Assembly: GCA_036172245.1 (NCBI GenBank)
Contig: JAYWIR010000017.1
Location: forward strand, 868,001 to 932,000
Direction of reading: 5' to 3'
Length of the DNA stretch: 64,000 bases
Origin: Raillietiella orientalis
Lineage: Eukaryota
Below the pieces are notes generated by a model. The model worked only from the letters and a program-made list of their open reading frames with translations. It made no database searches and was not told the origin of the DNA. The position numbers and the translations under genes were made by a program. Below, piece by piece: positions 24,100-37,262 of the stretch. Every line of letters starts with the position of its first letter. Position 1 is the first letter of the stretch.

Positions 24100-27000
24100 T
24101 GGGCACCGTCTCTTGTGCCCTTGCGACTATCAGGATGCAGCACGTGGGCATGTAATGTCCTAGCTGATGGGCAAGAAAGGTCACGTAATGCGGGTAGTAT
24201 GTTTCAAAACACAAATACAGCATTTTGGTCCATCGCGGTATTTCTGCTTCGTTTGACATCTCCATCGCTTCCGTGCAAGCTGCCGCGTGAATGGGCCAAG
24301 CTGGAAAGCAGTACAAGGACATTCTCAGATCATTTGCGGGAAAGTAGATCGCTAGCTGCTTCTGGGAATTTATTTCTTCCCCTTCGCTGTAGGTCTTGGA
24401 TGCTGAAGTCTTCACAGGATGTCGGTTCTTGGAGAAATCTTGCTGTTCGGAAGACCTCCGGTGTCCCGCCCGCTAAAATCGGACTGCATGTTTTCTTTCA
24501 GCTGACCCTTTTGAAGGAGATGGCTTTCCGAGCACTTCCGAAAGTGGCTGCCAGATAGTGGTATGGGCATGCAGGAGGACAGAACTTTTCTAGTGGGAAA
24601 CGCACCCATAAGACTCTTTCGTCAGGGACACGCCCCATGGTAATTTTCAACCAAGACGTAATTTCCAACCTCACACAGAGATTTTTTTTTCCGTCGCAAT
24701 CTTGGACTTCTGCCTGCCGACCCTTATGCCAGCACCCCTAAGGATCAACTCGAAAAGAACACTTCGGGTATAGATTTAGGAGTCCTCACTGGCAACAGAA
24801 GAGCAAACCGCGTGGGCAGTCACAGAAGGCTTGTTAAAGGAGCTAGACGGAGGACAGATCAGAGTTTACCGGTATGTGGTGAGCATCAATACGCTGAACG
24901 ATATCGGATGCAGACGGTCTCCCTATCTGATTCTTTGTCTGGCTTTAATGCCATGCTTGACCAATTCTTTGGAAAAGATGAAATTAATACTTTTCTCCAT
25001 AGTGAGGGGAGGTATTTGAGAGGGCTGGCTGGAAATCCGAGCATCTCCAGAAGCTCGAGAAAGAGCTCTTAGTCCACTGTCGACATCCTTCCCATGGTTG
25101 ACTGTCATCTTGCATGTCATCCTGCAGAACCTCCTTCATATCTCGCTCATGTTCGGAGCAGCCACTGACCCTCCTCTTTTTGTGCATCGGATATGGAATT
25201 GCAACCGGTTAGAATCCACACGTTAGACCTGGAATAACATGTTTTTTTTTCAGGCTGAAATAGTCTTCTCCATTTTTCCTAGTCTCAGGCTCTACGCTTT
25301 GGAAAGCAATTTTACATGCGTGTTTAGCAAGGTTTTCCAGGAAGAGAATCCTGTGGGTGGTACGCAAGCCCTTGCCGATTGGAAGGAGGCAAGCATTTGG
25401 CCTACCGATGCTGTTCTTTGCACCAGGAGTACCAGTACCGGCCTCAAAGAGTCGATAAAAACGCTTCGCACAGACCATCTGCGCCGGATGCTGTCCCGGT
25501 TTCAAGCACTCTGACGGTGGAGACGGTTTCTCCTGTTGCGAAAAGCTCATTCAGCAGCTGATGACCTCCTTCGTCAGCTTGCGCAGCTCGGTGATCTGCA
25601 AAGAGATGTTCAGTCTAGCCCCTAAGTAGAGCTCAGTGTAACACTGAGCAATGCGGATGCATCGTACAGCGTGCGTGTCTTGGCGAAATCATAACCAATG
25701 GCACATCTGAACCTGAGGAAGTTACCAAGGACCACCTTTAATTTTGTGTCAAGGACCTCATGACCTAAGTCGGAGTCATCTCCGATTTAGTATCGCTAGT
25801 TCTCTCGTCGCTCGAGGAGAAATTGAAAGTACTTTTTCTCCCATTTGGGAGGAAAATCTTTCTCCCCAACCCATCAATCAGATCAGACTCCAGAAATTTT
25901 ATTATGGCCGAATTCGACTCCCTTTTTTTTTTCAGCAGATGCTGTTTTCCCTGTCGACAAACACACGTTCTTTGAAGCAGCTCTGCTCACACCATCAAGA
26001 GAAGTTGCTTCGCAAACCCCAGCTTTCTGAGTGGAACAGAAGCATTCAATGATCCAAAGCCAAGAACTATTCGGATTGGGATCCATCAGTAGCGGGCAGG
26101 AATAAAGGATTTGGCACCTCAGCGGGAGCCTCCTCCTTCGAGATCAAGAGCCGACGAAACGTTCTCGTGGCACTCATTTGATCTCTTAGGAGGACTTTTG
26201 GGAAGCTGGGAAGGAAAGAAGCGAAGCAGCCTCTGGAATCCTCAGAGATTCTCACAAGAACATCTAGATCGTTGTGGATCCGGGAGAGGAATGCAGAACG
26301 GAGAGCCTAATCCACTTTCAGAGAGGTACCAGCTTCTCTTCCGTCTGGGGGAAGGTGCATGCTTCTTTGAGGGAAGTTTCATTCCCTTCTTATCGTTGCT
26401 GTACGGTGAACGATTCATCGGAAATGCAATCAATGATGATGGAAAATTCGCTGCAATAGCTTCTTTTAGCGAAGCGTTTCCGTTGTAGTGCGCTCCTTTG
26501 GGTCATCTTATTCGTTCAGCTTTCCAGACGAGGTTGTAGTCTTTGGAGATTACTCATCGTGATATTGGTGACCTAACAGACGCAATTTCGGCTGTTTAGA
26601 CTGACCAATTCTACTCTTGAGTTCTCCTCTTGTCTTTAAGAAACCTTCATCTTCATAAACTCGTCATTTCTTGAATTCCAGACTCTTAGAAACCCCATGA
26701 TGGGCACCATCGCTGAAACAGACACTCTCTTGATGAAACGGAGAGCCAGTTTGCCCTTTTTTTTTTTTTTGCTTTCTCTGTCTTGAGCTCTTTAAAGATT
26801 TCTCAGAGGTCGCAAAAGGGAAGACTACATCATCGAGTAGAATAACTTATCCCCCTTCCTGGTGTACCAAGACTCAACCAATCGACCAATCGACGGTCTT
26901 CAACCAATCGACCTCAGGTATCGATCGATCAAAAACCATTGGCTCTTCGTCTTTTTTAATAGTTCTCTGGATTTGGCTTACCAAGTCTTCATGCCTCCTG

Positions 27001-28200
27001 GTGATGAGGCAGGCGTCTCCTGCACAATGGATGAGGATGTACCACAGCGACACCTCTCAAAACATAAGATTTTCTGCATGTGTGGTTTATGCCATTCCTG
27101 TTGCCGTCACCAGCGGTGTGTTCGGTTCTGCCGCATTAAACGAATCTATATTCAGCGAGTCTCAGACGTTCTCTGCTGGAGAAAAGGTAGTTCGGTGCAC
27201 GGTATCAGAGGAAAAAAGAGTGCTTCCTTTGATCCGGGTGCTTCTCTGCAACGGAATAGATGCATCCCTATGGTGGGTCGAATGCAAGTTTGAGATGAAC
27301 TGGAATCCCACATTTGGTCGAATGAACACCTATTACTATCGACAGCCCTGGGTTCTCTCATTCAGAGGGACAGTTCGATGGCCTTCGACCTGAAACTTTG
27401 CTGATCCGTAGCCTACATGCCCCTTACGTCGTACGTAGCTTGATGAACCACTCCTGACATGAATCTCTCCTGCGCTCCAAATAGATGTAAGAGAATGGTA
27501 AGAGATGGTAAGATAGATGGTAAGAGAATTCTCTTAGCGACTGCTGCACTCCAGATAGGATCTTGAACGGACACATCCGAGTGAAGTTGTCATAATGAAG
27601 CGGTTGTCAACTGCGATGTTCTCGGCTCCGTCCGGTAAGTTGGCAAGACCTCTTTGATCTCTTGTTGCCATGCGTGGTAAATACAGAGATGACTCGATTA
27701 CCTATGTGAAGTTAATTTAAAAGTTCCCATCCTCCCTTCTGAATGTTTCCAGCCTCTGGCAGTGGATGAAGTTGAGGAGGGAAAGTTTCTCTAGCATGCA
27801 ACTTCTTGCCACAGAGTCTGAAATGTTTGCTGCCTTGGTGAGCACTTTCCGTCAAGCTCCAGCCGGGTCAGTTGAAGTGTTTGGCTTGCATCGTGAACTC
27901 GAGTCGGAGGATCTGTTTCGCTGACCGCGCTGCCTTGCAAGTGGTGTTGAAGAACTGCTAACAGGTCAGGAATCTTGGTCCTTTTCTGAGGTGACGGGCA
28001 CGACCTCTAGATCGCCATCGACACCTGACACTCATCTCTAAGTGACCCCTGCGGTTCCTGCTTCGAGCAATTCCTGAAGAACTTGGACCATTTCGACTGT
28101 AATTCCAGTTCTCCACGTTCCGAGAAGGTTTAGAAACTCGAAAGATCGCCATCGGTGCGGCTTGCCTTTCTGCGAATAAAAAGTGCTTACCTCGACGAAC
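24100..28200 (-). pseudogene. Ankyrin-repeat + NACHT (NLR-like) pseudogene
   Basis: Colinear degenerate motifs: ankyrin-like VEMVQVLQELLEAG (~28080), VLTKAANI, QPLHY, NIDSFNAAEPNTPLVTA (~27120); Walker A-like RRLLI/EGGGSR*GAKS (~26130); Walker B-like LIDGLG (~25870); sensor-1-like VV/LVTSS (~25725); SPLKYLPSLW (~25010); LCEVG (~24670); HYLAATF (~24550); ENVLVLLSSL (~24320). Many stops and frameshifts, and the sensor-1 to SPL spacing is longer than usual. Confidence 0.45.
24249..24385 (-). repeat. Right arm of 137-bp inverted duplication
   Basis: Reverse complement of 22609-22745 with 4 mismatches by my count. Confidence 0.95.
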
Positions 28201-30881
28201 AGACGAGGGAGCTCTGAGAAAACTTTGCTTGAAGCCACCGTCGCGGCTAAGAACCAAGAAAGACCGGACGGGAGACAGTCCTTTGGGGATGAGTGGCGTA
28301 GGATGTGAAAGGCGGAGGAAGAAGAATGATGACGTTGATGATGGTGAAAGCAAGGAGAGGAGGAAAAAAAGTACCCGTCTGAAGATTCCGTTCTCTCGCA
28401 AATTCCCTGTGGAAGATTTCGTTCAGGCTCTTTTTTTTTCTGTTTGCATCCTCGCTCTTCGTGTCTTGTCCTCAACGGCTTCCAGGATAGCTCGCTGCCT
28501 CAGATAGAAACGTGATGGAGAGAAATGGCAATGTTTCGAACTCTTCGGCATAGCCCAGACTCTTGCGCTCCTCTAGAATTCCTCAGAAATCACCTCCTCC
28601 TTTCAGGGGCAGAATCCCGGATCCTTCTTGGAGGTGGCAGGGGAAACCCAAACTTTAGGTGAGGAATGTTGGCAGATGGAAGGTGTAGAAGGAGATCCAG
28701 CCTCTTTCTTTATACCTGTAGTGTGTATCTTTGCTTGAGCGAAAAAAACCGTTCAGTTTCTCCGATTCTTATCCCAGGAAGGACCGTCCTTCGCATGGAT
28801 CATCAGAAGGTGATGGTTCTTCGCGAGATGATGCCATCGTCGAGGTTCGGAGATGACGGAGGTCCTTGGGAGGATTGCTCACGGTTCCCAAGACCGTCCC
28901 ACCCTCCTCACAATCGCGGGTGGAGAGGCGAAAGGTGGATGAGTGCTTTTCCCTGTCTTTTCCGATGAAGTGAGAGAGCTTAAATGGCTATGGGGGAGGA
29001 GTGGTGTGGTCAGGTGAGTGGACGAGAAACTCACGCGTCCGAGCGCCTGCAGCAAAGGCGGAGGGCACTCCCGTCCATGTGCGGGGAGGGGAGGGGGTGG
29101 AGGGGTCTCGTCCGGAAAAGAGTCGATGCAACGAAGGTGGGAACGCAGAAGAGCAAGAGGGGCTCTTCTCTTCTCTCCCGGGAACGGAAATCTTAGCCGG
29201 GAAACCTCCCCCGGATTCCTGAAACCCGTCCACCGCCGCTCTTCGAGGAACTCTCTCTCACTTCGTCGGTTCCTTCTCGTTCCTCATTCCAGGGTCCCGA
29301 AGTCACAGGAACTCTCCAGGTGCAGTTGCCGCCTGCACGTTCTCACGCCACGGGCATTCACCCGGAAGAATCCGCACGGGAAGACAGGAAACCGAATAGA
29401 GAGACTCTGGAAGCGTCCAATCCTTCCTTTTCCTCAGGAACTGGAGCTTCAATGGCGAGGAAGGCCTTGACTGCAGCCTCCTTCCTCTGGGAAGCCCTGG
29501 TGCTTCCCGAAGGAAGAGAAGGTGGAGGGGAGGAAAGGTCGGTCACGCCTTCAGTGCCCTGCTGCTGTGGGGACAGGCTTGGCGATCCCCCTGGGCAAGT
29601 CCCCATCCGCAGGAGAATTCGGGGCATGGGCTAAACGCCCTACAGCTCCTCAGGTGCAGTCCGATCTCAGATCCCTCTGGCAAGTCGGAGTCCCAGGAGG
29701 GGTTTCCCTGCCCTGAGGGAACATCCAGGATGGAGGATAGGGGAAAGATGGACCAGCGTCCCGCTTCCCTTCCTTTGCTGCTCTCCTATCCGTCCCTCAA
29801 ACTGCGGGTCTGCGACGCCGCTGGACGCGCGAAAATAGCCCTGGAGGATACTCCGGGTGAGGTGCGGGGGATGAGGCTGGAAGGGAAGAACGAAACTGTC
29901 TCTGCCCTCACAGCCGCGAGACCCGAGGCCGGGGTCACCAGGGCGCCATCGCCAGCAGCCATACACTTCTCGGAACAGGAGGGAAGCTCGCCAAGCAGAC
30001 CGTCGAGCAGCTCCAGGCTAGGGAGAGGGAGAGATGAACGAGGCAGCACGCGTCCTCCGGCACGCCTTCGGAACCGGAAGACCCGTGGAAAACTTCTGGA
30101 GGCGCCTCCAATGAGCAAGCGGAATACCCGGAGGGACTGCGGGAGAGACACGCATCAGCTACCCTAGTTCTCCTGGCGAGTCGAGGGAAGACCCGGGCAG
30201 CAGGTATTCACCGGTCTGACTGGATGCGGACCTCTGCAGCTCCCCGGAGACTCTCTGAGCTTCTTCCGCCTCCTGCCACTCTTCCGTGCTCAGGTCTCCC
30301 GCTCTGCTTCCGGTGCGTGGGAAAGGGGACACAGCCAACTTTCACCATTCTCCCCCTTCCTTCTGAAGGAACGCCGCACTGGAAGCCGAAAAGCCTTCCG
30401 TCCCTATCCAGTTGCCGCCCAGTCAGGCGCGGGAGGAAGTCAATCAGAGGAGGTTTCGCGGGATCGTGAAGGTTTTCTGTGGAGCCTCCGGGACTCGCTC
30501 TCCTTTCCCCAAGAGTCACCCGAGTCTACTTCAGGGCACGCCGAGGACCGGCCTCCAGGGGGAAGGAGGAAGAGGGGAGGGAATTCTGCTCGCCGCTGCG
30601 TCTTCCAAAAATCTCGGGAACTTCCCGTGTACCCAGCCGTCCAGGAAAAGGCGGGGAGGGGGAAAGGAGGAGGAGAACGCCGGTGGGGACTTCACGAGGA
30701 GAGCGGTCCGCATCCGGGAGGCCAGGCGCACCTCAGCCCCCCCCCCCTCCTCATCCCGCAGCCGGCTGGCTCTGTGCACGGGTCTGCCCTACGGGAAGTC
30801 CTCCCCTACTCCCCTCCTCGCGGAACGTGTGCGACCTCGCGCCACGACCGACAGTCACCTCGCATCCCCCCCCCCCCCACC

Positions 30882-31678
30882 TGTTTGTTTGTTTGTTTTT
30901 GGGTTGGAAAACCGTTCGCCTCCGTAAGGGAGTCCCGCGATGCTCTTTGACACCACCCATGCCATTCGGGGGAGCGCGTGACTTCAATTTATAAGAGATG
31001 CCGCGGAAGGGGACCACCCTATGAATCCAGGAAGGCTCCGGAGAAAGAAGTTCCGCTCCTCTCACGCTTGGGAGGGAACTTCAAAGGGAGCCATCTCTTC
31101 CTCATTATCCTTGGAAGGACCCCCCGGCTTGGGGGAGGGCAGGTTGCAGGGGATTCTCATTTCTTCTTCAAAGGGGAACCCGGAAGTATCCACTTCTAAA
31201 TTTTTTTCTCTGGAAATAACTCGGAAAAAATCTGCTCCCTGATTTCCTCCTCTGAAGAGAACCCCGAAGTGACGCTCCCCAATTTTCTCTGGAGGGCGCC
31301 TCTCCAAAGGGAGCAGAGCGCTTCTTCACATTCTGAAGAGGCACCAACCAACCCGCTCCATGGAATGAGATGGAAGGTCCTGCCCTGAAGGGGGAGGGAC
31401 AGCTCCATTTTCACCACCAGAGGGAGCCCCGAGGCTCCTTGGTTCCGGGAAAAACCCCGGAGGGTCCAATTCCAATCCTGGGACCAGGTCAACGGGGGAG
31501 ATCCCAAGCCTACACGCCAGGCAGCGTTATCTCGCGGGGGAGATCCGAGATCCACGATGCACCCCTCACCGTTCTCGACGTCTACGCTTCTCTGGGCAGG
31601 ATTCGAACCCGCAACCGTCTGTGCTGCGCGCGCGGAGACTGAAGCCGCAAGCACGCCACCAATGCGGACCGTGCGGGC
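30882..31678 (-). mobile_element. SINE-like repeat, copy 2 (best-preserved tRNA-like head, (caaa)n tail)
   Basis: Minus-strand head gtccgcattggtggcgtg... then B-box ggttcgaatcc (31598-31608). Body aligns with copies 1 and 3; ends aaaaacaaacaaacaaaca. Confidence 0.8.
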
Positions 31679-33692
31679 GCGGTCTCCCTACCCATTCCAT
31701 TTTCCTTCCTCCCCGAGTCTTCTGGCTGCCTCCTATCTTTTTTCCAATCTCTTGCGGCCCCTGCAGCCCTCGGGATCGCACTGAGGACATGTAGGCAAGT
31801 ATCTTTGGATCTTCTCTCGATCCAAACCCTCTGCCTGTTTGAGATGCTGGAACGAAGATGTCGGGAGGAGGAGGAGGAGAGAGGGGGATGGAAGAAGTTG
31901 TTGCTTGACGGCGGATCGTGCTGAATCCGAATAAATTATCCACCGTAACCAAGGAAACGCAGATCCATCACTCATACCGTTTTTAGGGTCATAAAATAAA
32001 TGTTTCGTGTTTATAACGGTTCCCGCGGCCAATCATTCATCATCCCGTTGATGGGTTACAGACTGAGTGAAGAGTGCACTCCCGATGACTGTCACCGTAA
32101 AATTCGAATTCTCAATTTTCAAAGGCGGCACTGGTGTCGCCGTTTCCTCCCCCTCTTCCTCACCCTCTTTAATTAGGAAGCAACGCAAGTGGATAAAAAG
32201 TTGCAGGGATGATTTGATCTGTTCGGAGAGGCACACGGAGGTCCCATCGACGATTAATGAAACGAATCGAAGCTGTCCGTTGGCGCCGGCCCTCGCAGCT
32301 CTTGGCACGGGTGGATCGCACAACATGCAGTTCCGCATCTCCTCTTCTCCTTTCTGATTCCTTCCAGAGCGACGATTCCAAAAGGAATCTCCGTCCCAGA
32401 GGACGCCGGGAGGACGAGGAGAGCATCGACGGCGGCAGTGGAGCAGCAGTTCGATTCGCAAGGACCCCATCTGCCTTGGGGGCGGACAGGGAGTGGGGAG
32501 GGGGAAATGGGCATTCGTCTGCACTGCGCCGCCTCGTTCCTGCACCTTTGGTTGCTTATTGAAGCCTCTGCCGTTTGGCACTGCGAGGTTTCGCTGGCTG
32601 TGAGGTCTCACGGACGATAGAGAAAGAAGGGGGGCAAAATAGGCGGCGTTGCAAGGGGAGCCCTCAGCGTGCAGGGGTGTTCCGCTAAATGCATCTTTCC
32701 TTCCTTCCCCTTCTTTCACTCTTTCAATTTCGCCGTTGCTATCGCAACGGTTGCAAAAAGTGCTCCCGATCTCATTCCACAAGGCATGTGTCAATCGGCA
32801 TTCCGTCTGTGGATGCCGTTTGACCGGGATCCATCTCTCAATTCCATAGGGCGACAGTTAAGTGATTGCTGGAGATGCTCGAAACGATCCTGGATCGGAG
32901 ACGTCCAGGCGTGCAGCACACCCGAGAAACCTTCAACGCTAACTGTCTGCTCTTTCCAGCACGGTTCGGAATACGGAAAAGCGGCAGCGGCAGCGAATGG
33001 CAGCCACCTCAGTATTCTGGAGGTACGCCCAGCATCCGCACGACTTGCTGGCAGCCACTCAGTTCGAGGAGAGCTCATTGCTCGGAATGGAGGATTGAGC
33101 CTTCCCTCCTCGGGAATGTTCAAAGGAGTCCTCTCGATCGCACCTTTGAGGAAGGTTCATTTGCGAGCCTTCAGTGAGCCACCAAGGCGTGTTTACAAGA
33201 AGCGAAACGTGCCGAAAGTTGCGATGCGTTTTCCAAACAAGATATGGAAGAACAGTTGGCAGGGACCGTTCTGGATATTGATTTTTCGAAGGAAACAAAA
33301 ACAAACAAAACACACACACACACACACAAAAAAAAAGGATGGCATGGGCCTGGGAGACGAGTGCGAACTCACTGAGTACTGTTTTGAGATACTCTCTACG
33401 GAGTCGAGAACTCTTCCGCCGAGACATTCGAAAACTCTGTGTACTTTAAAATTAATGCGGGATCTCAGCGTCCAGGATGCTGAAAAGGCTCTTCGCCACT
33501 TGGTGTAAGGATGCGAGGAAAAAATTCCAATCCAGCTCCAGGAACGTCTTACCAGGTTCGAGTGAACGAGGTAAGGAAGGCAACAGAATTTCGTAAATGC
33601 TGGAATCCATTTAATTAAACTCCCTCAGTGAACGGAATCACAAGGCTGTCTGTTGAACTGATGATCAAGCTTTTCTGGATAATGCCATTCAC

Positions 33693-33729
33693 GTAGTAGT
33701 AGTAGTAGTAGTAGTAGTAACAACAACAA
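33693..33729. repeat. Compound microsatellite (GTA)9 a (CAA)3
   Basis: Directly visible. Confidence 0.9.
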
Positions 33730-36700
33730 GGAAAATGAAAACAAGTTCGGAATGCGATTCAAATCAGTCACGGTTTAGTTGTGCTTTTCATGAGTAGATG
33801 CCATTCTTTCCAGCAGAGGAATCCTCATGACTGCGCATCCGTTTCAAGTTAATCGACTCCTTTAAAGAGATGTGTGTTCTTTTAAAACCTGAAAAATGAG
33901 CATCGAAATAAATTTTTCTCGGAACGTAGAGATGCGACCCGGATTTCGGGCACAGTGCAATCGCAATAAATACGTAAATAAATAAATAAAAGATCGCGTG
34001 CGTTGGCAATAAATTTCTTCCGTTTTCAAGTCTTGCTGCGGCAACGTTATTTAATGACTTCTTATCTTGTCAACCTTTTGTGAGCAGCAAATCGTCAGAT
34101 TTGCAGCCCGTAAAGAATTCCTCCCGTCGCACTGATTCCATTCATTTTTCCATTGTGGATTCCTCCATTACTTTATCTCCCGAGTTTTATCTCGCATTCC
34201 CAGAGTCGTTATTGAAGGTGCAAACGCAAACTCGAAGACTCGGTGTGAGCATCAGCTCCCGTGTTGTAAGATTCAGAAAGTCATAAGGCTCGACACTTTA
34301 TGACTTAATTCCTAATGGCTTCTTTCATCCCTCCATCCATTTTCGGCTCAGCTTTTCTTTTGTCTCAGCATGCTTTTTGCGTGGTGCATGAAATTTTTTT
34401 GCCGCCTACTAAATGTACGTACCGTATGCGTTTGCAGCTCTCTTTTCTGCCTATATTTAGACGAAATTAGGTTTATCAAATGTAATAACTTCTTTTAGCG
34501 TGTATGCCTGTGTCCTGCTCATTTTCCCTTTTGGATGTCGACAAAATATTGACACTTGCAAATTTCCTTTCCTACACAGATCACTCATATAAAAGCATTC
34601 ATGCATGCTTTTGATGGGTTATGATTAGCATATGAAATTGTTGCTAATGGCAACCGCTTTTCATTTCCCGTGTAGATATCTATGTCTATTTATATCCATC
34701 TATCTAGACAGGTAGATATAGATGGATAGATATCACTTTTCATATTACGTGTAGGTGTCTTTCGTATATATATATATATAGATAACATAAACAACTCGTT
34801 CCTCTCACAGCCAAGCAACTGCAGATTTTATCATTCAGTGGCTGTATTGGCTGATTATCATATTGTAGGAAAACCTCAGTGTTTGGAATAAGCAATCACC
34901 TTGGATAGAGTTCCTCTTAACACTGTTTGCGTTCCTGCTCTGTGTTTTAGCAGTTAAACAGTGGTGATTAACTATCCACAGACGTCCTGTTGTCACCGCC
35001 TACCTTATGCAAATGCTTTTCTTGGACGCGCAAGATCTGCGTTGATCTTCATTCATCCGTTGCGGATTCTAATGGGAAGTTCTCCTTTGTGAGAATACGC
35101 AGCTGCAAAACAAAAAAAGAAAGGAAGAAAGAGACATTGCTTGCTTTGGCATGAAGGAGAGAGCTGTTTTTGGTGACGTCCGTGTGCCGCGGTTTCCTGA
35201 AGCACCGAAATGTGTTGTATCTAAATGGCATTCTAAGATGCAGCAGCCACTTTATTTCTCGAGGTCAGGTATACGGGACAGACTAAAACCAGAGGTTAGC
35301 TTTTTGCGAGCACCGTTGCTTTAGCATTGCTGTCGCTGTTCTGCCTGCAGTCGCTCGACTCTTCAGCATCGTTTATTCAATTTATTTAGAAGAGTTCCCG
35401 CATGATGGATAAGTGAGCTGTGGCGATGGTTCAAAAATAACCTTCCAACGGAGGTTATTTAAATTTTGACCTCAGGAATTCAATAAACTGAAAGAGGCAA
35501 ATAACTCTTGGGAAAAAAGCTTTCGCCTTCTAGTAGAATTTAACCTCTCTTCCCATGAACTTTTTGATTCCGAGAATTAACCGTTTGAAGTTCGTTGCCG
35601 TGTTCTCTTCGGCTCCCTATTGAAGAATTATTTGAAATGATTGCAGATAAATCTTTTCGGAGAGCAAATTTTCAAGCGGACTAAAGTTCGAAAAGGTGCT
35701 CATTGAAACTGATGCTCAAAACAAGAATGAATCCACTGAAGATACATGACCAATTTGCTATGTCAATGATACATGGGAGGCACGGGGAGGGCAGGGAACT
35801 CCCATGCAGCCATCCTGATCTTTCAAACCTCCGGTGAAACTGTTTCGAAAAGCAACGCCTAGGGCCAACTTGTAATTAATAAATACTGCAATTTAGTTTC
35901 CCCTAAGTGTGTGCCTTGGACTTTATTTTTTTTTTTTTTTGCCTACTGCAAAAGCTCTGCATTTTCCTGGAAAGAAGGCATCGTTCAACTCCTCTTCGTT
36001 TGTCCGGAGTGGCACTTTTTTAACGAGGAAGCAAGCGAGGAAAACTCCCCAGTTCGCGTCCGTTTCTGAAGTTGAAAAACAAGAATTTATGGAAATCATT
36101 TATATGGAGAGAGGGGAGAGGAGGGGGGAGATGGTACCCAAGCAAGATGCAATCTGTGGCTAAATTAAGGAATTTATCGATCACCTCTGTGTTGCACATC
36201 AAGAAAAAAAACACACACACACACACACAAAAGCCACTCTCCTCTCAAATTATGTGGAATGCATCGAGACCATCCTTGTTTTAAAATTCATGGATCCGAT
36301 AAATAAATAAGAAACTCGCGCGCTCCTTCAGAATGAAACACCGAGCACGTTGGAGTGCTTTTGGAAATTTCCAGACGCTGCTGTAGTCTCCATCATCGAA
36401 GGAAGACTTATATTTATCCCATTGGTGCATTTATATCGGGATTTCAAGAAAAAAAAGAAAAAAACATAAACACAGTCAAGGCGCAATCAGTAACTGAAGA
36501 GGGCCTTAGAAAGGCAGATCAAAGTTTCATTCAAGTCAGCCCATCGAAAAAAGCCTTTCGATGTTTCTAATATGCTAAAGTGTGCAATTTTCAGAACGTT
36601 GAATATTGGTTTAACACTATCTAATCCGCATCTGAAATTGCATCTCAGAACCTAAGAAATTCTAATCCAGAATACTCCGTAGTTATTTCACTTTATTTTC

Positions 36701-37262
36701 TTTTTTCCTTCACAAAAAATAGATACCTAATCATTGAATCATGCTAAAAGTTCAAAAGGAGGATCGTTTTCATCACTTTTTGTGAGACTATGGACCACCC
36801 TGGGTATTTCGAACCTTTCAAAGTAGTCATCAATTTTTTTTAAGAATTGCTCCTCCCTTTCCGAATTCTTGTATTCTTGAATAATTCAGTTCCAGCCAAA
36901 CAGCCAGATCGATAATCCGATCACCAGGGGCGACTTGACTCCCTGAGCGCCGTTCAGAGCTTGTGGGCATAAAAACGGCAGACCCTCCTCTATCACAAAC
37001 CAGGACACCAGTGTTCACTTGAGCATTCTCCACGATTCACTTGAGTGTTTTCCCTAGTTGGATTCAAACCGTGTTTCTATAGCGATGGAACTCTTCTGCG
37101 AAGATTCAAAGTTTGGTATGCTTTTGCATCCCCTCACACAAACTCACCTGCCTGCTTCTCCATCATCCATCTTCAAATGGTCAAAGAATTTTCTCTCCAT
37201 CACGATACATCATCAGATGGCTCGATGGATTGGTTTAGACGCTCCACGGACTCACCTCGCTT

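Noticed and set aside
26876..27530. Short tandem duplications (ccaatcgac x3; atggtaaga x3)
   Set aside because: Ordinary slippage repeats inside decayed sequence.
31590..31678. Functional tRNA gene
   Set aside because: T-arm/B-box present but no acceptor stem or Pol III terminator; continues directly into the repeat body.
32669..33508. 279-aa ORF, the longest in the track
   Set aside because: GTG start, runs through (CA)n and poly-A simple repeats, no recognisable domain; likely spurious.
34670..34785. Hairpin-forming gatatctat..atagatatc region
   Set aside because: Explained by low-complexity (TATC/GATA/TA)n repeats.
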